Shown: positions 6,586-8,253 of the stretch, one piece after another
How positions within the stretch are numbered: position 1 is the first letter of the stretch
Layout: each line of letters begins with the position of its first letter
NCBI GenBank assembly: GCA_013416795.1
Contig: RQSC01000154.1
Coordinates: forward strand, 120,035 to 128,287
Direction: 5' to 3'
DNA: 8,253 nt
Source of the DNA: Prasinococcaceae sp. CCMP 1430
Lineage: Eukaryota > Plantae > Prasinodermophyta
Made by a program: the position numbers and the translations under genes
Notes under the pieces: model-generated
What the model was told of the DNA's origin: nothing
Databases searched by the model: none
The model's input: the letters and a program-made list of their open reading frames with translations, nothing else

Positions 6586-7617
6586 CTAGTGCAACAACCG
6601 TGACCCGCCCGTGGCAGTCGCAGCCATCGCCGCGATTGTGCGCCGCCGCGACGGCGGCGGTGGAACGTCGTCCATCACATCGTCCACCTGCTGCTCCGCC
6701 TCGCTTTCCCCGGCAGAGTCATCGCTCCGCATGAAGGTGGGCGGTAGCCCTGCCAGCACCCTCTGTAACGCCGCGATGTAATTTGTGTTCTCGACGTACT
6801 CAAGCCCGGCCGCGCTCGCAGCGCGTAGCACCTCGTCGGGATCGACAGCCTCGACGCACACCGTAGACAACTCCATCGGCGGCTGGGACTGATCCTTGCA
6901 ATGGTAGTAGTCTTCCACTGTGACGGCAGATACTTCAGCCAGGGTGCCATCCGAAGAGTCGCTCAGGGCTCCGACGACCCGCTCCTTGCGGACGTCAATC
7001 GCGTGTAGCAGTGGATGCGACGCAATCATCTCCATGAAATCAGACTGTCTGTACTCCCCGCTCCCCAGCAGCGAGTCGGGGGCCGTGACGCCGAGGCAAC
7101 GCTCGAAAACGTTTTGCAGCGTGGCACCAGCTGCGGGGAAGGCTACGACACCGAAGGGCTCCCAGAGCTCGAGAGACTGGATGCCGAAGGGATGGACGTA
7201 TCCCCCTTCGTCTTCACCGCCACTTAGGCGTTGCTTGATGTCGATTGTGCCCCCGCGCACCTTCACGTTGTAATCGGTCCTGAAATTGCCGAAGATGTAC
7301 GTCTCGCGAGTGCATCTGGGTACACCATGACCAGCAGCTGCCGTCGCGCCTTGACGTTCTATCTCCTCGGCAAGGGAGCTTTCCGCTGCAGCCACCACTG
7401 CCGCCACTGGCGGGGGCGGCGGGCCGGAGCTCAGGTCGGGCTCGCTGCTGCACACGCGAAACGCGCGAAACTCGTACCTTGGCTGCGTTGCTGGGTGCGC
7501 CGCGGCCCTGCTATGCGGCGCCGCGGCCGCCCGCGGCCGCCGCCTGCCGCGCCTGCAGCCAGCGCCGGCGGCACGCTCAGCACTGCACACCACCCGCAGC
7601 GCCGCCTGCGCCGCCAT
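6586..7617 (-). CDS. CYTH/triphosphate-tunnel-metalloenzyme-like protein of an uncharacterised bacterial-type family (~343 aa) with an N-terminal transit-peptide-like extension
   Basis: Ordered motifs PRYEFRAF, ETYIF, NVKVRGGTIDIK, LELWEPFGVVAFP, IDVRKER, AEVSAV, TVCVEAVD..V, GL..VENTNYIAAL parallel a bacterial family recalled as PRWEWRTF, ExYxL, NVKVRDxLMDIK, LEQWEPVMKxxFP, VxVHKRR, AExTxV, TIAVESED..V, GL...NxxYxxGL. Start chosen at GCAAAATGG (7617) for its good context and Ala/Arg-rich leader; an in-frame ATG also exists at 7767. Stop TAG at 6588-6586. The gene itself is well supported; the fold call is from memory. Confidence 0.72.
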   Translation of the reverse strand: MAAQAALRVVCSAERAAGAGCRRGRRRPRAAAAPHSRAAAHPATQPRYEFRAFRVCSSEPDLSSGPPPPPVAAVVAAAESSLAEEIERQGATAAAGHGVPRCTRETYIFGNFRTDYNVKVRGGTIDIKQRLSGGEDEGGYVHPFGIQSLELWEPFGVVAFPAAGATLQNVFERCLGVTAPDSLLGSGEYRQSDFMEMIASHPLLHAIDVRKERVVGALSDSSDGTLAEVSAVTVEDYYHCKDQSQPPMELSTVCVEAVDPDEVLRAASAAGLEYVENTNYIAALQRVLAGLPPTFMRSDDSAGESEAEQQVDDVMDDVPPPPSRRRTIAAMAATATGGSRLLH

Positions 7618-7792
7618 TTTGCGGGCTTGCGGACTCCGGAGCCGTGGCCGGGCCCTGACCACGAGCCTCCCCTCCTCCCACCCCTCGACGCCCGCTTGCT
7701 CGCGCGCGTGTGCCCCTCCCCTTCCCCCCTCCCCACCCACCCCACCACCACCCCTCTCCCCTCCCATGATCCCATCACCCCTCGCCCCTCGT

Positions 7793-7844
7793 GCGCCCCT
7801 GCACCTACCCCTGCTCCCGCGCCCCTGCACTCCCCCCCTGCTCC
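7793..7844. repeat. Two-copy ~26-bp tandem repeat within a C-rich(+)/G-rich(-) tract
   Basis: GCGCCCCTGCACCTACCCCTGCTCCC (7793-7818) is followed by GCGCCCCTGCACTCCCCCCCTGCTCC (7819-7844). Confidence 0.8.
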
Positions 7845-7926
7845 GCGCTGCCGCATTTGCGTACTGCGGAGGCCGCCGCGGGTGCGGGCGCGCGCCCCTT
7901 CGCGAACGGTCCCAGGAATCGTTGGG

Positions 7927-8003
7927 CTGCGGACTGTCAGCAACCTCGCACGGAAAAAAAAAAAAAAAAGACAGACGGAGCGAGACTGAGAGATGACGCG
8001 CAC
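7927..8003 (-). other. Candidate 77-nt spliceosomal intron upstream of gene 3 (5'UTR intron, or intron of a separate minus-strand transcript)
   Basis: The minus strand reads GTGCGCGT...T16...TGCTGACAGTCCGCAG: the same donor hexamer as intron 1, a pyrimidine/poly-T tract, a CTGAC branch point (7940-7936) and a CAG acceptor. There is no transcript evidence. Confidence 0.55.
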
Positions 8004-8253
8004 AGGGTTTGGGTTGGGGTGTTGGGGTTTTTTGTAGGAATACGCGCCCGAATGCTGCAGAGCAGTGCGCGTACAGTACGAGTACCATCCGGATGGTAGA
8101 AGACTCTTGGGAGGGTTTCATTCTTTATTAGTATATTAAACCCTGAGGATTACGCCCCAAACTTCGAACCCGTGTGGGAGCGACGCGAGAAGCGCGCTCG
8201 GGGCGGGCGCCGCGCCACAGCGCGCGCCCCCCCCCCGCCCCTCGGGCCGGCCG

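Noticed and set aside
47-7617. Functional link between the NDK and the CYTH-like protein as a nucleotide/triphosphate metabolism cluster
   Set aside because: Predicted locations differ (axoneme versus organelle), the genes are convergent and separated by CCDC33, and nothing in the sequence indicates co-regulation.
7618-8121. N-terminal 168 aa of the 511-aa minus ORF
   Set aside because: It translates a poly-T tract (FFFFF), G-runs and a probable intron, and is not protein-like. The conserved domain begins 45 codons after ATG 7617.
8150-8225. GGGTTCGAA on the minus strand resembling a tRNA T-loop or Pol III B-box
   Set aside because: No cloverleaf can be built, the T-stem does not close and the A-box match is poor.

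Overview
Very GC-rich eukaryotic genomic DNA with spliceosomal GT-AG introns (GTGCGC donors, CTGAC branch points), most likely from a flagellated microalga. A green lineage is plausible but cannot be proven from this window. There are three protein-coding genes. (1) + strand, two exons, join(47..184,857..2503): radial-spoke nucleoside diphosphate kinase NME5/NDK5/RSP23 with NDK, Dpy-30 and 3 IQ motifs plus an acidic (APAEEAX)n tail carrying a higher-order duplication. (2) + strand, 3299..6412, apparently intronless: CCDC33-like ciliary-type C2-domain/coiled-coil protein whose third C2-like domain is split by a ~133-aa low-complexity insert. (3) - strand, 7617..6586: a CYTH/triphosphate-tunnel-like protein resembling an uncharacterised bacterial family (PRWEWRTF-type, recalled as fused to Ppx/GppA phosphatases), preceded by an organelle transit-peptide-like leader. 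Gene 3 is the best novelty candidate. Its upstream region holds a candidate 77-nt intron, a G-run-rich leader, a triple GTAC cluster and a 16-bp palindrome. All homology calls come from motif recognition by eye and memory, with no database search. The many long overlapping or antisense ORFs are treated as high-GC artefacts. No rRNA, tRNA, CRISPR array or convincing mobile element was seen.
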